Source of the DNA: an uncultured Acidobacteriota bacterium
GTDB lineage: Bacteria > Acidobacteriota > Thermoanaerobaculia > Multivoradales > UBA5704
NCBI GenBank assembly: GCA_963700145.1
Contig: OY969474.1
Location: forward strand, 3,328,001 to 3,392,000
DNA: 64,000 bases
Direction: 5' to 3'
Shown here: positions 12,657 through 20,640 of the stretch, one piece after another
Layout of the letters: every line of letters begins with the position of its first letter
Position numbering within the stretch: the stretch's first letter is position 1
Made by a program: the position numbers and the translations under genes
The notes under the pieces: model-generated
What the model was told of the DNA's origin: nothing
Database searches by the model: none
Seen by the model: the letters and a program-made list of their open reading frames with translations, nothing else

Positions 12657-13223
12657 ATGCTCCGCAAGATCCTGCTCGGCCTGCTGCTCCTCGTCGTCCT
12701 CGCCGTCCTGGTCCTCTTCCTCGTCGGCCGCCGGCCGAGTGCCGGGCGCATCGCGCACGCGGTCGACCTGCCGGCTCCGCCCGAGGCGGTGTGGCCCTGG
12801 CTCACCGAGCCGGAGCGGCTCAAGCAGTGGGTCGGCTGGCTGGTGGCGGTCGAGCCGCTCTCCCCGGGCGACGCGAACGGCCTCGGCGCGCGCGAGCGGT
12901 TGGTGATGGACGACCCGAACATGAAGCAGCAGGTGACGATGGAGGCGACGACGACCGAGATCGAGCGCCCGCGCCGGCTGGCGGTCGAGATCTCCGCGCC
13001 GATGGGCTTCGACGGCACCGTGACCTACAGCCTGGTCGAGACCCCCCCCGGCACGACGCGCCTGACCTACGACCGCCGCTTTCGCTACCACCACTGGCTC
13101 GTGGCGCTGATGGAGCCGCTGGTCACGCCGCAGGCGAAGAAGAAGCTGGTGGACGACCTCGAGCGGCTGCGCGGCCTCGTCACCGCCGAGACGGCAGGCA
13201 AGCGCGGCGGCGCGGCCTCATGA
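12657..13223 (+). CDS. SRPBCC/START family protein with N-terminal membrane anchor
   Basis: LPAPPEAVWPWLTEPERLKQW and C-terminal DLERLR helix; GGAGG RBS before ATG 12657. Confidence 0.85.
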   Translation: MLRKILLGLLLLVVLAVLVLFLVGRRPSAGRIAHAVDLPAPPEAVWPWLTEPERLKQWVGWLVAVEPLSPGDANGLGARERLVMDDPNMKQQVTMEATTTEIERPRRLAVEISAPMGFDGTVTYSLVETPPGTTRLTYDRRFRYHHWLVALMEPLVTPQAKKKLVDDLERLRGLVTAETAGKRGGAAS

Positions 13224-13280
13224 TCGGGCCGTAGAATGAGAGCGGCCACGCTGAGCGCCGGGCCAACCGAGGGAGACGCC

Positions 13281-13550
13281 ATGACAGTCCACGAGTTGGT
13301 CGTCGAGATGAAGCTGCTCGAGCGCCGGCTGACGCTCTACGAGGAGAAGTACGGCGTCTTGAGCGAGGACTTCTACCGCGCCCTGACCGCCGGCGAGCTG
13401 TCCCGCTTCGACGACTTCGACGAGACGCGGACGGACTTCAGCCGCTGGAAGGGGATCTACGAGACCTGGCTGCGGCGGAAGCAGGCGTACGACCAGGAGC
13501 TGAAGAACCACGACCTCGCCGCGGCCCTGCGCTTCCAGCCTGCCTATTGA
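13281..13550 (+). CDS. Small antitoxin-like hypothetical protein
   Basis: L..YEEKYG..SEDFY...GEL..D...D...W pattern recalled from small toxin-antitoxin-associated proteins; GAGGGAG RBS. Confidence 0.65.
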   Translation: MTVHELVVEMKLLERRLTLYEEKYGVLSEDFYRALTAGELSRFDDFDETRTDFSRWKGIYETWLRRKQAYDQELKNHDLAAALRFQPAY

Positions 13551-13552
13551 CG

Positions 13553-13735
13553 ATGGCTGGTCCCGACAACGCTCCTGAACCACGTCCTTGGCGCGATCCG
13601 ATCGTGACGGAGGTCCGCGCCGCCCGCGAGGCGCTCTACGCGGAGGCGGGCTACGACATCTATGAGCTCTGCCGGCGCTTGCAGGAGAGGCAGAAGTCGG
13701 CTGGGGCTGCCGTGACGCGGGCTTCCGGCTCGTAG
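13553..13735 (+). CDS. Small hypothetical protein (DPIVxEVRxxRE type, antitoxin-like)
   Basis: WRDPIVTEVRAAREALYAEAGYDI motif; tightly coupled to the upstream ORF. Confidence 0.6.
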   Translation: MAGPDNAPEPRPWRDPIVTEVRAAREALYAEAGYDIYELCRRLQERQKSAGAAVTRASGS

Positions 13736-13756
13736 GACTGCTTTCGCGAGGCCCGT

Positions 13757-14776
13757 TCAGAGGAGCGGCCGCTCGCGGCGGCGGGCGAGGAGGAGCCAGA
13801 GGAAGAAGGGGCCGCCGAGGAGGGCGGTGAAGACGCCGACCGGCAGCTCGGCCGGCGCCAGGAGCGTGCGGGCGCCGAGGTCGCAGAGGGCGAGGAAGGC
13901 GCCGCCGCCCAAGAGGCAGGCGGGGAGGAGCAGCAGGTGGTCGTGCCCCACCGGCCGGCGCAGGATGTGCGGCACCATGAGGCCGACGAAGCCGATCGGC
14001 CCCGCCACCGCCACCAGCGCGCCGAGCATCAGCGAGGTGGTGAGGAGGATCGCCAGCCGAACGCGCGGCACGTCGACGCCGCGGCTCGCCGCCAGCTCCT
14101 CGCCGGTCAGCAGGAGGTTCAGGTCCCAGCGCAGCGCCAGCAGCACCGCCGCCCCGCCGAGCACCCAGGGCGCCGTCCACAGCACCTCTCGGTAGCCGAC
14201 GACCGCGAGGCCCCCCATCATCCAGCGCACCATGCGGAAGGTCTGCGTCGAGTCGGCCAGGTACTGGAGGAAGAGGATCAGCGCGCCGCAGGAGAGCGAC
14301 ACCGCGACGCCGGCGAGAAGCAGCGTCGGGGTCTCGACCCGGCCGCCCTCGGCGGCGAGCGCGACGACCAGCGCCGTGGCGGCGAGCGCGCCGGCGAAGC
14401 TCGCCAGCTCGACGAGCGGCAGCCAGGAGAGGCCGAGCGTCTCCTCGAAGCGCAGGGCGGCGACCGCGCCGAGCGCCGCGCCGCTGGCGATGCCGAGCGT
14501 GTAGGGCTCGGCCAGCGGGTTGCGGAAGAGGGTCTGGAGGGCGAGGCCGGCCAGCGCCAGCCCGCCGCCGGCGAGGAGGGCGAGGAGCACGCGCGGCAGG
14601 CGGAGTTGCCAGACGATGGCGGCGCCGGTGCCCTCGCCGCTCAAGAGATCGCCGAGCGCCACCGGCTGGGAGCCGAGGAGCGGCGCGCCCACGAGCGCCG
14701 CGAGCCAGAGCAGGGCGAGGAGAAGGAGAGCCAGGCGCGGCAAGCGCCTTTGAGTCGAATGCGGCGCGCTCTTCAC
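13757..14776 (-). CDS. btuC: Cobalamin/iron-chelate ABC transporter permease (FecCD/BtuC family)
   Basis: LRLPRV, QTLFRNPLAEPYTLG, GPIGFVGLMVPH, ELPVGVFTALLGGPFF; downstream of a B12 riboswitch. Confidence 0.88.
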   Translation of the reverse strand: MKSAPHSTQRRLPRLALLLLALLWLAALVGAPLLGSQPVALGDLLSGEGTGAAIVWQLRLPRVLLALLAGGGLALAGLALQTLFRNPLAEPYTLGIASGAALGAVAALRFEETLGLSWLPLVELASFAGALAATALVVALAAEGGRVETPTLLLAGVAVSLSCGALILFLQYLADSTQTFRMVRWMMGGLAVVGYREVLWTAPWVLGGAAVLLALRWDLNLLLTGEELAASRGVDVPRVRLAILLTTSLMLGALVAVAGPIGFVGLMVPHILRRPVGHDHLLLLPACLLGGGAFLALCDLGARTLLAPAELPVGVFTALLGGPFFLWLLLARRRERPLL

Positions 14777-15597
14777 TGCCCCAGCTCCAGCAGCGTCACC
14801 GGCCGCGGGCCGCCGCGTACCACCTCGAACGGTGCCGCGAAGAGCGCAGCCAGCACCTCCGGGCGCAGCACCTCGGCCGGCGGGCCGGCGGCGAGAGCGC
14901 GGCCGCCGGCGAGGGCGACGAGACGGTCGGCGAGGAGCGAGGCGAGGTTGAGATCGTGCGTGGCGGCTACCACCGTGCGGCCGGCCTCGCGCGTCAGCCG
15001 CAGGAGCAGGGTCGCCACCTCGCGCTGGTGGCGCGGGTCGAGGTGGGTGGTCGGCTCGTCGAGCACCAGGACCGGCGCCTCCTGCGCCAGCGCCGCGGCG
15101 ATCCAGACCGCCTGCCGCTCGCCGCCCGAGAGCTCGTCCACCCGCCGGCCGCGCAGCTCCCCGATCCCCACCAGCTCCAGTGCCTGCTCGACCGCGGCGC
15201 GATCACCGGCAGCCGGCTCCCACTGCAGGGGCGCGAGATACGGGTAGCGGCCGAGAGTGACCACCTCCTCGACGGTGAGCGGCACCCGCGCCGGCCGCAC
15301 CTGCGGCACGTAGGCCAGCCGGCGCGCCAGCTCGCGGCGGGAGAGATCGGCGAGCGGCCGCCCTTCCCAGAGCACCTCGCCGGCGGTCGGGCGGAGGAGG
15401 CCGGTGAGGGTGCGGAGGAGGGTGGTCTTGCCGGCGCCGTTCGGTCCGACGAGGACGAAGCACTCGCCGCGCTCGACCTCCAGGTCCAGCGGGCCGAGGC
15501 GGACGCCGCTGCCGAGCTCCCAGGCGAGGCCGCGGGCCCCCAGGAGCGGCGCGCCGGCGCCGCTCCGTTCCGATCGATCGAACGGCGGCGCGCTCAC
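14773..15597 (-). CDS. btuD: Cobalamin ABC transporter ATP-binding subunit
   Basis: GPNGAGKT, LSGGERQ, LDEPTTHLD, THDLNLA. Confidence 0.88.
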   Translation of the reverse strand: MSAPPFDRSERSGAGAPLLGARGLAWELGSGVRLGPLDLEVERGECFVLVGPNGAGKTTLLRTLTGLLRPTAGEVLWEGRPLADLSRRELARRLAYVPQVRPARVPLTVEEVVTLGRYPYLAPLQWEPAAGDRAAVEQALELVGIGELRGRRVDELSGGERQAVWIAAALAQEAPVLVLDEPTTHLDPRHQREVATLLLRLTREAGRTVVAATHDLNLASLLADRLVALAGGRALAAGPPAEVLRPEVLAALFAAPFEVVRGGPRPVTLLELGQ

Positions 15598-16430
15598 CGC
15601 GCGAGCGCCTCGTGCATCTGCCGGTAGAGCAGCGGGAGGCGCGGCCCCGGGAGCATGGTGTGGCTGCCGGAGACGACCTCGACGCGCGGTCCCGGCCGCC
15701 CGGCCAGCCGCGCCAGCTCAGCCCACTCCGCGCGCAACGCCGCCGCCAGCTCCGGCGACGCCGGCTGGGCGCGCAGCTCGAGCACGACGTCGGGGTTGCG
15801 CGCGAGGATCTCCTCGGGGCCGACCTGCGGGTAGCGCGTCGGCGCGTCGGGGAAGGCGTTGCGCGCGCCGAGGCGGGCGAGCAGCTCGCCGTAGAAGGTC
15901 TCCGGCCCGGCCACCGTCACCTGCGCGAGCTGGCCGCGCGGGCGGCCTACCGAGAGGAGCACCGCGGGCGAGCCCTCGACCGGCCGCGGCGCGAGCGCCG
16001 TCCGGAAGCGCGCCGCCAGCGCCTCGCCCGCCGCCGGCACGCCGCAGTGTGCGGCGATGACGCGGAAGGAGGCCTCGACCTCGGCGAGCGTTTCGGCCTT
16101 GACCTCGAGCGTCGCGATGCCGAGCGGCTGGAGCTTGGCGGCGAGGTCGCGCTCGCTCGCGGTGAGAACTGCCAAGTCGGGCTCGAGCGCCACGATCCGC
16201 TCCAGATTGGGGTCGAAGAAGCCGCCGAGCTTGGGGAGCCGCACCGCTGCCGGGGGCCAGGTCGTGTAGCTCCCGACCCCCACGACGCGGTCGCCGAGCC
16301 CGAGGGCGAAGAAGGTCTCGACGACGCTCGGGGTAAGTGCCACGATCCGCTCCGGCGCCCGCGCCGCCGCCGGCTCCTCGCCACGGCAGGCGGCGAGGAG
16401 GAGCAGGGCGACGCAGACAACCGCTGTCAT
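15594..16430 (-). CDS. btuF: Cobalamin-binding periplasmic lipoprotein (BtuF-like, helical backbone)
   Basis: ERIVALTPS..E..FALG.GDRVVGV, PNLERIVALEPDL, LPGPRL; lipobox LAAC after ATG 16430. Confidence 0.85.
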   Translation of the reverse strand: MTAVVCVALLLLAACRGEEPAAARAPERIVALTPSVVETFFALGLGDRVVGVGSYTTWPPAAVRLPKLGGFFDPNLERIVALEPDLAVLTASERDLAAKLQPLGIATLEVKAETLAEVEASFRVIAAHCGVPAAGEALAARFRTALAPRPVEGSPAVLLSVGRPRGQLAQVTVAGPETFYGELLARLGARNAFPDAPTRYPQVGPEEILARNPDVVLELRAQPASPELAAALRAEWAELARLAGRPGPRVEVVSGSHTMLPGPRLPLLYRQMHEALAR

Positions 16431-16587
16431 TCTGAGCGCAGCGAACCCGCAATCCAAGATCAATCGCCTGCTCCGGCAGGCGACCTCTCGGGTAGCGGAG
16501 CCCATCACTGGGCTCCGCAAGAATCTGGGCGGGGGTGCAGGCCGAGCCTTCCCGGCCCCCAGATCCCTCGCTGCGCTCGGGATGACA
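16425..16587. repeat. REP-like palindrome interrupted by a ~75-bp two-hairpin insert
   Basis: TGTCATTCTGAGCGCAGCGAA [insert 16446-16520] GAATCTGGGCGGGGG...AGATCCCTCGCTGCGCTCGGGATGACA. Confidence 0.8.
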
Positions 16588-16600
16588 ATGCGGGCCGTTA

Positions 16601-18439
16601 CTAGAACGTGAATGCCACCCCTCCGATCAGCGTCCGCCCGAGCGCCGGGTAGCCGAGCGCTTCGGCGTACTCGCGGTCGGTGGCGTTCTCGACGCGCGCG
16701 TAGGGCGCGAGCCAAGGCCTGAGCGCGTAGCGGGCGCCGACATCCACGCGCGTGTAGCCCGGGTTCGTCGTGCGCGCGAAGGTGGCGGGGTCGACGTCCG
16801 GCCGCTCGCCGACGTAGAGCCCTTCGACGCTCAGGGTCCAGGGGCCTGGGGTCAACGTCGCGACGAGCCCGGCGCTCTCCTCCGGCCGGCGCAGCAGCGG
16901 CTCTCCCGTGACTCGATCTTCAGCGTCCAGCCACGTCGCATGCGCGCGAATCGCTCCCTCCCCGCTCGTCCAGCCCAGCTCGGCCTCGACGCCGCGGCTC
17001 CGCGCCCGTCCGAGGTTAACGTTGCGGAAGGCGACGAAGTCGAAGTCGATCAGGTCGCGCTGCCGGGTCTCGAAGCCGGTCAGCGCGGCGCGGAACGGCC
17101 CGCGCCGCAGCTCGACGCCGAGCTCGGCGCTCTCGCCGATCTCCGGCCGCAGGTCGGGGTTGCCGCTGCCGGGGAAGAACAGCTCGCCGAGCGAGGGGGC
17201 GCGGAACGACTCGCCGTAGCCGGCCTTCAAACGCACGCCGCCGCCCACCTCCCAGAGTGCCCCGGCGCGCAGGCTGGTGGCGCCGCCGTAGACGTCGTTC
17301 TCGTCGCGGCGCGCGCCCAGGTCGAGCCGCAGCGGCCCGAGCGCCCGGCTGGCCTGCGCGAAGACGGCCCAGGTCTCCTGCCGCGCGCCGGCGAGGTTCG
17401 TGCCGAAGACCGAGCCGTTGTCCACCTCCAGCCGCTCCGCCTCGGCGCCCAGGGCGAGCCAGCCGTCTCCCCCGCCCGCCTGCCGCCAAGTCGCCACCGC
17501 CCGGCCGCGCAGGGCTTCGGCGCCGGTGTCGGAAGCGGTGAAGCCGAAGGGGTCGTCAGGGTCGCGGAAGGCGGAGTCGAAGGTCGCCTGCGCGAGGTGG
17601 GCCTCGAGCCCCCAACGCGGCCGCTCGATCGACAGCGGCAGCGCCACCTCCCGCTCGCGCCATTCGATCGACCGCCGCAGGGACGGCAGACCTCCGGAGA
17701 GCGGGATACCGGTCTCGGCGTCGCCCTGCCGCGCCAGCACGCCGACGCTGACCCCCGGCCGCACTGTCCAGCGGGCGCGCGCCAGGACGTCCTCGGCGTC
17801 GAAGTCGTCGTTGGCGAGCGGGCCGCCGCCGCGGCGCAGCGACCCCGCGACGTCGAGCCGCAGCCGTTCCGTCGCGTGGGCCGCCGCGACGCCGGCGCGC
17901 CGGTAGCCGTCCTCGCCGCCTTCGAGGCGGAGCGCGACGCCCGGCTCGGCGCCGCTCACCACCTGCACGACGCCGCCCACCGCCTGGCTCCCGTAGAGGG
18001 CGGAGAACGGCCCGCGCGCCACCTCGACGCGCGCCGCGCCGTCGAGCGGCACGAACTGCCAGTTGGCGCCGCCGAAGAAGGGGTCGTTGAGCGGGATGCC
18101 GTTCCAGAGCAGCAGCGTCTGCTCGGAGTCGGCGCCGCGCAGGAAGACCGAGGTCTGCTGCCCGGGCGGGCCGGCCTGCACGAGGGCCAGGCCCGGGACG
18201 GTGGCGAGGACGTCGGGGAGGTCCACCGCCTGGCGCGCCTCGATCTCGGCGCGCTCGACGACGGTCACCGCGGCGGGGAGCTCGTCCTCCGGCGCGGGCT
18301 CGAGGGTGGCGGTGACGACGACGGTCTCGGCGAACGACTGGGTAGGGGAGGCGGGGGTGGACGGGGCGGAAGGAGGCTCTTCCGCCTGGATCGCCATCCC
18401 CCCCCCGAGGACGGCGGCCGCGAGCAGCCAGCAGCGCAT
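16601..18439 (-). CDS. btuB: TonB-dependent receptor, probably for cobalamin
   Basis: TonB box ETVVVTAT, plug SVFLRG...VEVARGPFSALYGS.AVGGVV, GNPDLRPE, C-terminal Phe; directly behind the B12 riboswitch. Confidence 0.88.
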   Translation of the reverse strand: MRCWLLAAAVLGGGMAIQAEEPPSAPSTPASPTQSFAETVVVTATLEPAPEDELPAAVTVVERAEIEARQAVDLPDVLATVPGLALVQAGPPGQQTSVFLRGADSEQTLLLWNGIPLNDPFFGGANWQFVPLDGAARVEVARGPFSALYGSQAVGGVVQVVSGAEPGVALRLEGGEDGYRRAGVAAAHATERLRLDVAGSLRRGGGPLANDDFDAEDVLARARWTVRPGVSVGVLARQGDAETGIPLSGGLPSLRRSIEWREREVALPLSIERPRWGLEAHLAQATFDSAFRDPDDPFGFTASDTGAEALRGRAVATWRQAGGGDGWLALGAEAERLEVDNGSVFGTNLAGARQETWAVFAQASRALGPLRLDLGARRDENDVYGGATSLRAGALWEVGGGVRLKAGYGESFRAPSLGELFFPGSGNPDLRPEIGESAELGVELRRGPFRAALTGFETRQRDLIDFDFVAFRNVNLGRARSRGVEAELGWTSGEGAIRAHATWLDAEDRVTGEPLLRRPEESAGLVATLTPGPWTLSVEGLYVGERPDVDPATFARTTNPGYTRVDVGARYALRPWLAPYARVENATDREYAEALGYPALGRTLIGGVAFTF

Positions 18440-18561
18440 CGCGATCTCCTTGGCTGAAACGCGACGCCCCACCGTGGAGGTGGGGCGGGAGGGGAGGCGC
18501 GCGGCGGCTTCGAGCCTGGGCGAGCCCGGACCCCGGGCCCGCACCCCGCGGGCGGCGTCGG

Positions 18562-18727
18562 GACGGCGGGCAGGTCTCCTGGCTCCCGGATCGTCCTACT
18601 CCCGGTCCTTCCCACACGGGCAACCCTGGTGGATCACGCCCGTGCAGTGGTCTGTCCGGTTTCGTCCCCGGTCACAGTGGCGGGGGCCGCGCCGGTCTCA
18701 CACCGGCCTTCCCTTCGCCGCGCCGTC
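18562..18727 (-). ncRNA. Cobalamin riboswitch
   Basis: Minus strand reads GGGAAggcCGGTG.gagaCCGGcgCgGCCCCCGCCACTGTgA...CCACTG...GGGAAGG...AGCCAGGAGACCTGCC (B12 box). Confidence 0.95.
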
Positions 18728-18736
18728 GGGTTTGTC

Positions 18737-18760
18737 AAAGAGGCCCCCACGGCGGGGGCC
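18737..18760 (-). terminator. Probable intrinsic terminator of the 18776-19312 gene
   Basis: GGCCCCC-GCCGT-GGGGGCC hairpin followed by TCTTT on the minus strand. Confidence 0.6.
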
Positions 18761-18775
18761 GGAGCCGTCAGCTTA

Positions 18776-19312
18776 TCAGCGCGGCGGGAACGGCGTGTCG
18801 CCGCCGGTCGGGGCGCCGACGAAGCGCGAGGGGATCCCCTGCGTCGCGTTGGGCTCGACGAACTGCTGGATCGAGTAGCTCTGCTCGGCGGCGCGCTGCT
18901 GCAGGTAGGCCTCGAGGATGGCGTTCTGCGCGTTGGCCGCCGCGGCCGAGACCGCCGCCGGGCTGCCGGGGGCGGCCTGCCCCGCCACGACCTGTTGGTC
19001 CTCGGGGATGGCCTGGTCGTTGGGAGCGAAGCCCAGGGAGATGGTGGTCGAGTCGATGCGGGTGCCGAAGCCGGTGTCGTCGAGGTCGGAGACGACGGAG
19101 GCGATCGAGTCCTTGGCGAGACCGATCCAGTTGCCGAACTCGCTGAGGAAGAGGACCAAGCTCGGGTCCCAGCTCGCCTCCTGCGGCTGATAGCGGGTCT
19201 CGAAGCCGGAGCCGTCGGTGAGGGTCACCTGGAAGCTCTCGGCGCCGGCCGGCGCGGCGAGCGGCGCCAGGGCGGAGAGAGCGAGGGCGGCGAGAGTCAG
19301 GCGTCGGCGCAT
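18776..19312 (-). CDS. Secreted hypothetical protein
   Basis: Signal peptide MRRRLTLAALALSALAPLAAPAGA; AGGAGG RBS. Confidence 0.75.
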   Translation of the reverse strand: MRRRLTLAALALSALAPLAAPAGAESFQVTLTDGSGFETRYQPQEASWDPSLVLFLSEFGNWIGLAKDSIASVVSDLDDTGFGTRIDSTTISLGFAPNDQAIPEDQQVVAGQAAPGSPAAVSAAAANAQNAILEAYLQQRAAEQSYSIQQFVEPNATQGIPSRFVGAPTGGDTPFPPR

Positions 19313-19348
19313 GCGGCCACCTCCTGAAAAGCGTTCAGTTGCGGCAGC

Positions 19349-20020
19349 TTAGCACGCCCGGCGGGCGGCGGCGCCTGGCAGATGCTTGGCGAGCTGCGCG
19401 CGGAAGAGCGACGCGCCGCCGTGGGCGGGGTGGCGGAGGGCGGGGGCGGGCGCGCCGATCTCCGCGAGGGCGGCGGCGGCCGTCCGGCCGACGGCGAGGA
19501 CCGCGGCGCCGGGGACGGAGGCGAGCAGCCGTTCCAGGACGTGGAGGTTCGCGAGCAGGAGGCGGCGCTCCGGCGCGCGGTTGGAGAGCGGGCCGCGGGC
19601 GCCCGCCGGATGCCAGGGGAACGCGTTCCAGAGGAGGACCCCGTCCGCGGCGCCGCCGAGCGCGCCCCAGACGACCGTCCCCGAGGGCTCCAGCCAGAGC
19701 GCGGAGTTGGCGCTGGTGGCGGCGAAGCGGCCGCCGGCGGCCCAGGGGAGGCGGTGCGCCGGGCCGCCGGCGAGCTGCCGCTCGCTGGTGAAGGCGATGC
19801 CCGAGAACCGCCCGCCGCGGTAGCCGAGCGCCTCGCCGACGAGGACGAGCCGCGGCCGGCCGACCCGCTCGAGGTAGGCCGCGAGGTTGCGCCGCCGGGC
19901 TCGCGCCGCGCCGGGCAGGTCGAGGCCGGGCAGCTCGTCGCGGTAGGGGTTGGCCACGCCGGGCGCCGCGCCGCGCGGCCCGCGCCGGAGTGCAAGCAGG
20001 AGGGGGGCGAAATCCGTCAT
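19349..20020 (-). CDS. Uracil-DNA glycosylase-like protein
   Basis: LVGEALGYRGGRFSGIAFTSE, EPSGTVVW, WNAFPWHP, LRHPAHGG. Confidence 0.85.
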   Translation of the reverse strand: MTDFAPLLLALRRGPRGAAPGVANPYRDELPGLDLPGAARARRRNLAAYLERVGRPRLVLVGEALGYRGGRFSGIAFTSERQLAGGPAHRLPWAAGGRFAATSANSALWLEPSGTVVWGALGGAADGVLLWNAFPWHPAGARGPLSNRAPERRLLLANLHVLERLLASVPGAAVLAVGRTAAAALAEIGAPAPALRHPAHGGASLFRAQLAKHLPGAAARRAC

Positions 20021-20092
20021 AGAGGGCGTGAGGCGCCGGCATCTTGCCCCAGGCCGGGGACGGGCGCCAGGATGGAGACCGGAGGACTGAAG

Positions 20093-20638
20093 ATGCACCT
20101 GCCGTCGCGCCCGCTCGTCCCGCTCGCTCCGTTCCTCGTCGCGGCGGCGCTCTCGCCGCTCCTCGCCGCGCCGGCCGCCGCCGCCAAGCCCGCGCCCAAG
20201 CCGGCGGACGACAAGCCCGTGGTCATCGAGATCCGCCCCCGCCGCCCCGGCCCGGCGGCCGTCGCCCGCGAGCGCGAGCGGGTGGCGCGGATCGAGCGGG
20301 CGATGCCCGGCTGGTGCGCGCGCTACCGCGCCGCGGTCCGCCCGCTGCGCACCGCGCTCGACGAGACCGACCGCAGCCTGGCGATGTCCTGGGGCCCCTG
20401 GTCGCGCAACGTCTGCTTCGCGCTGCGGCTGGAGCTCGACGCCTTCAGCCTGCGCCCGCTAGCGGCCGCGCCCGATCCGGCGGTCGCGGCCTCCCTGCGC
20501 CAGGCGCTCCTCGTCCTGACCGAGGCCGCCGGCGCCTGCACGCGCGGCCTGCCGACCACGACGCGGCTCGCTCTCACGCCCGGCTTGCGCGACCTGGCGC
20601 GCGTGGACGCCGCCTGCGCGCCCGCCGGGCGCGAGTAG
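20093..20638 (+). CDS. Secreted hypothetical protein
   Basis: GGAGG RBS, signal peptide, four Cys; directly upstream of the membrane/TPR gene. Confidence 0.6.
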   Translation: MHLPSRPLVPLAPFLVAAALSPLLAAPAAAAKPAPKPADDKPVVIEIRPRRPGPAAVARERERVARIERAMPGWCARYRAAVRPLRTALDETDRSLAMSWGPWSRNVCFALRLELDAFSLRPLAAAPDPAVAASLRQALLVLTEAAGACTRGLPTTTRLALTPGLRDLARVDAACAPAGRE

Positions 20639-20640
20639 CG

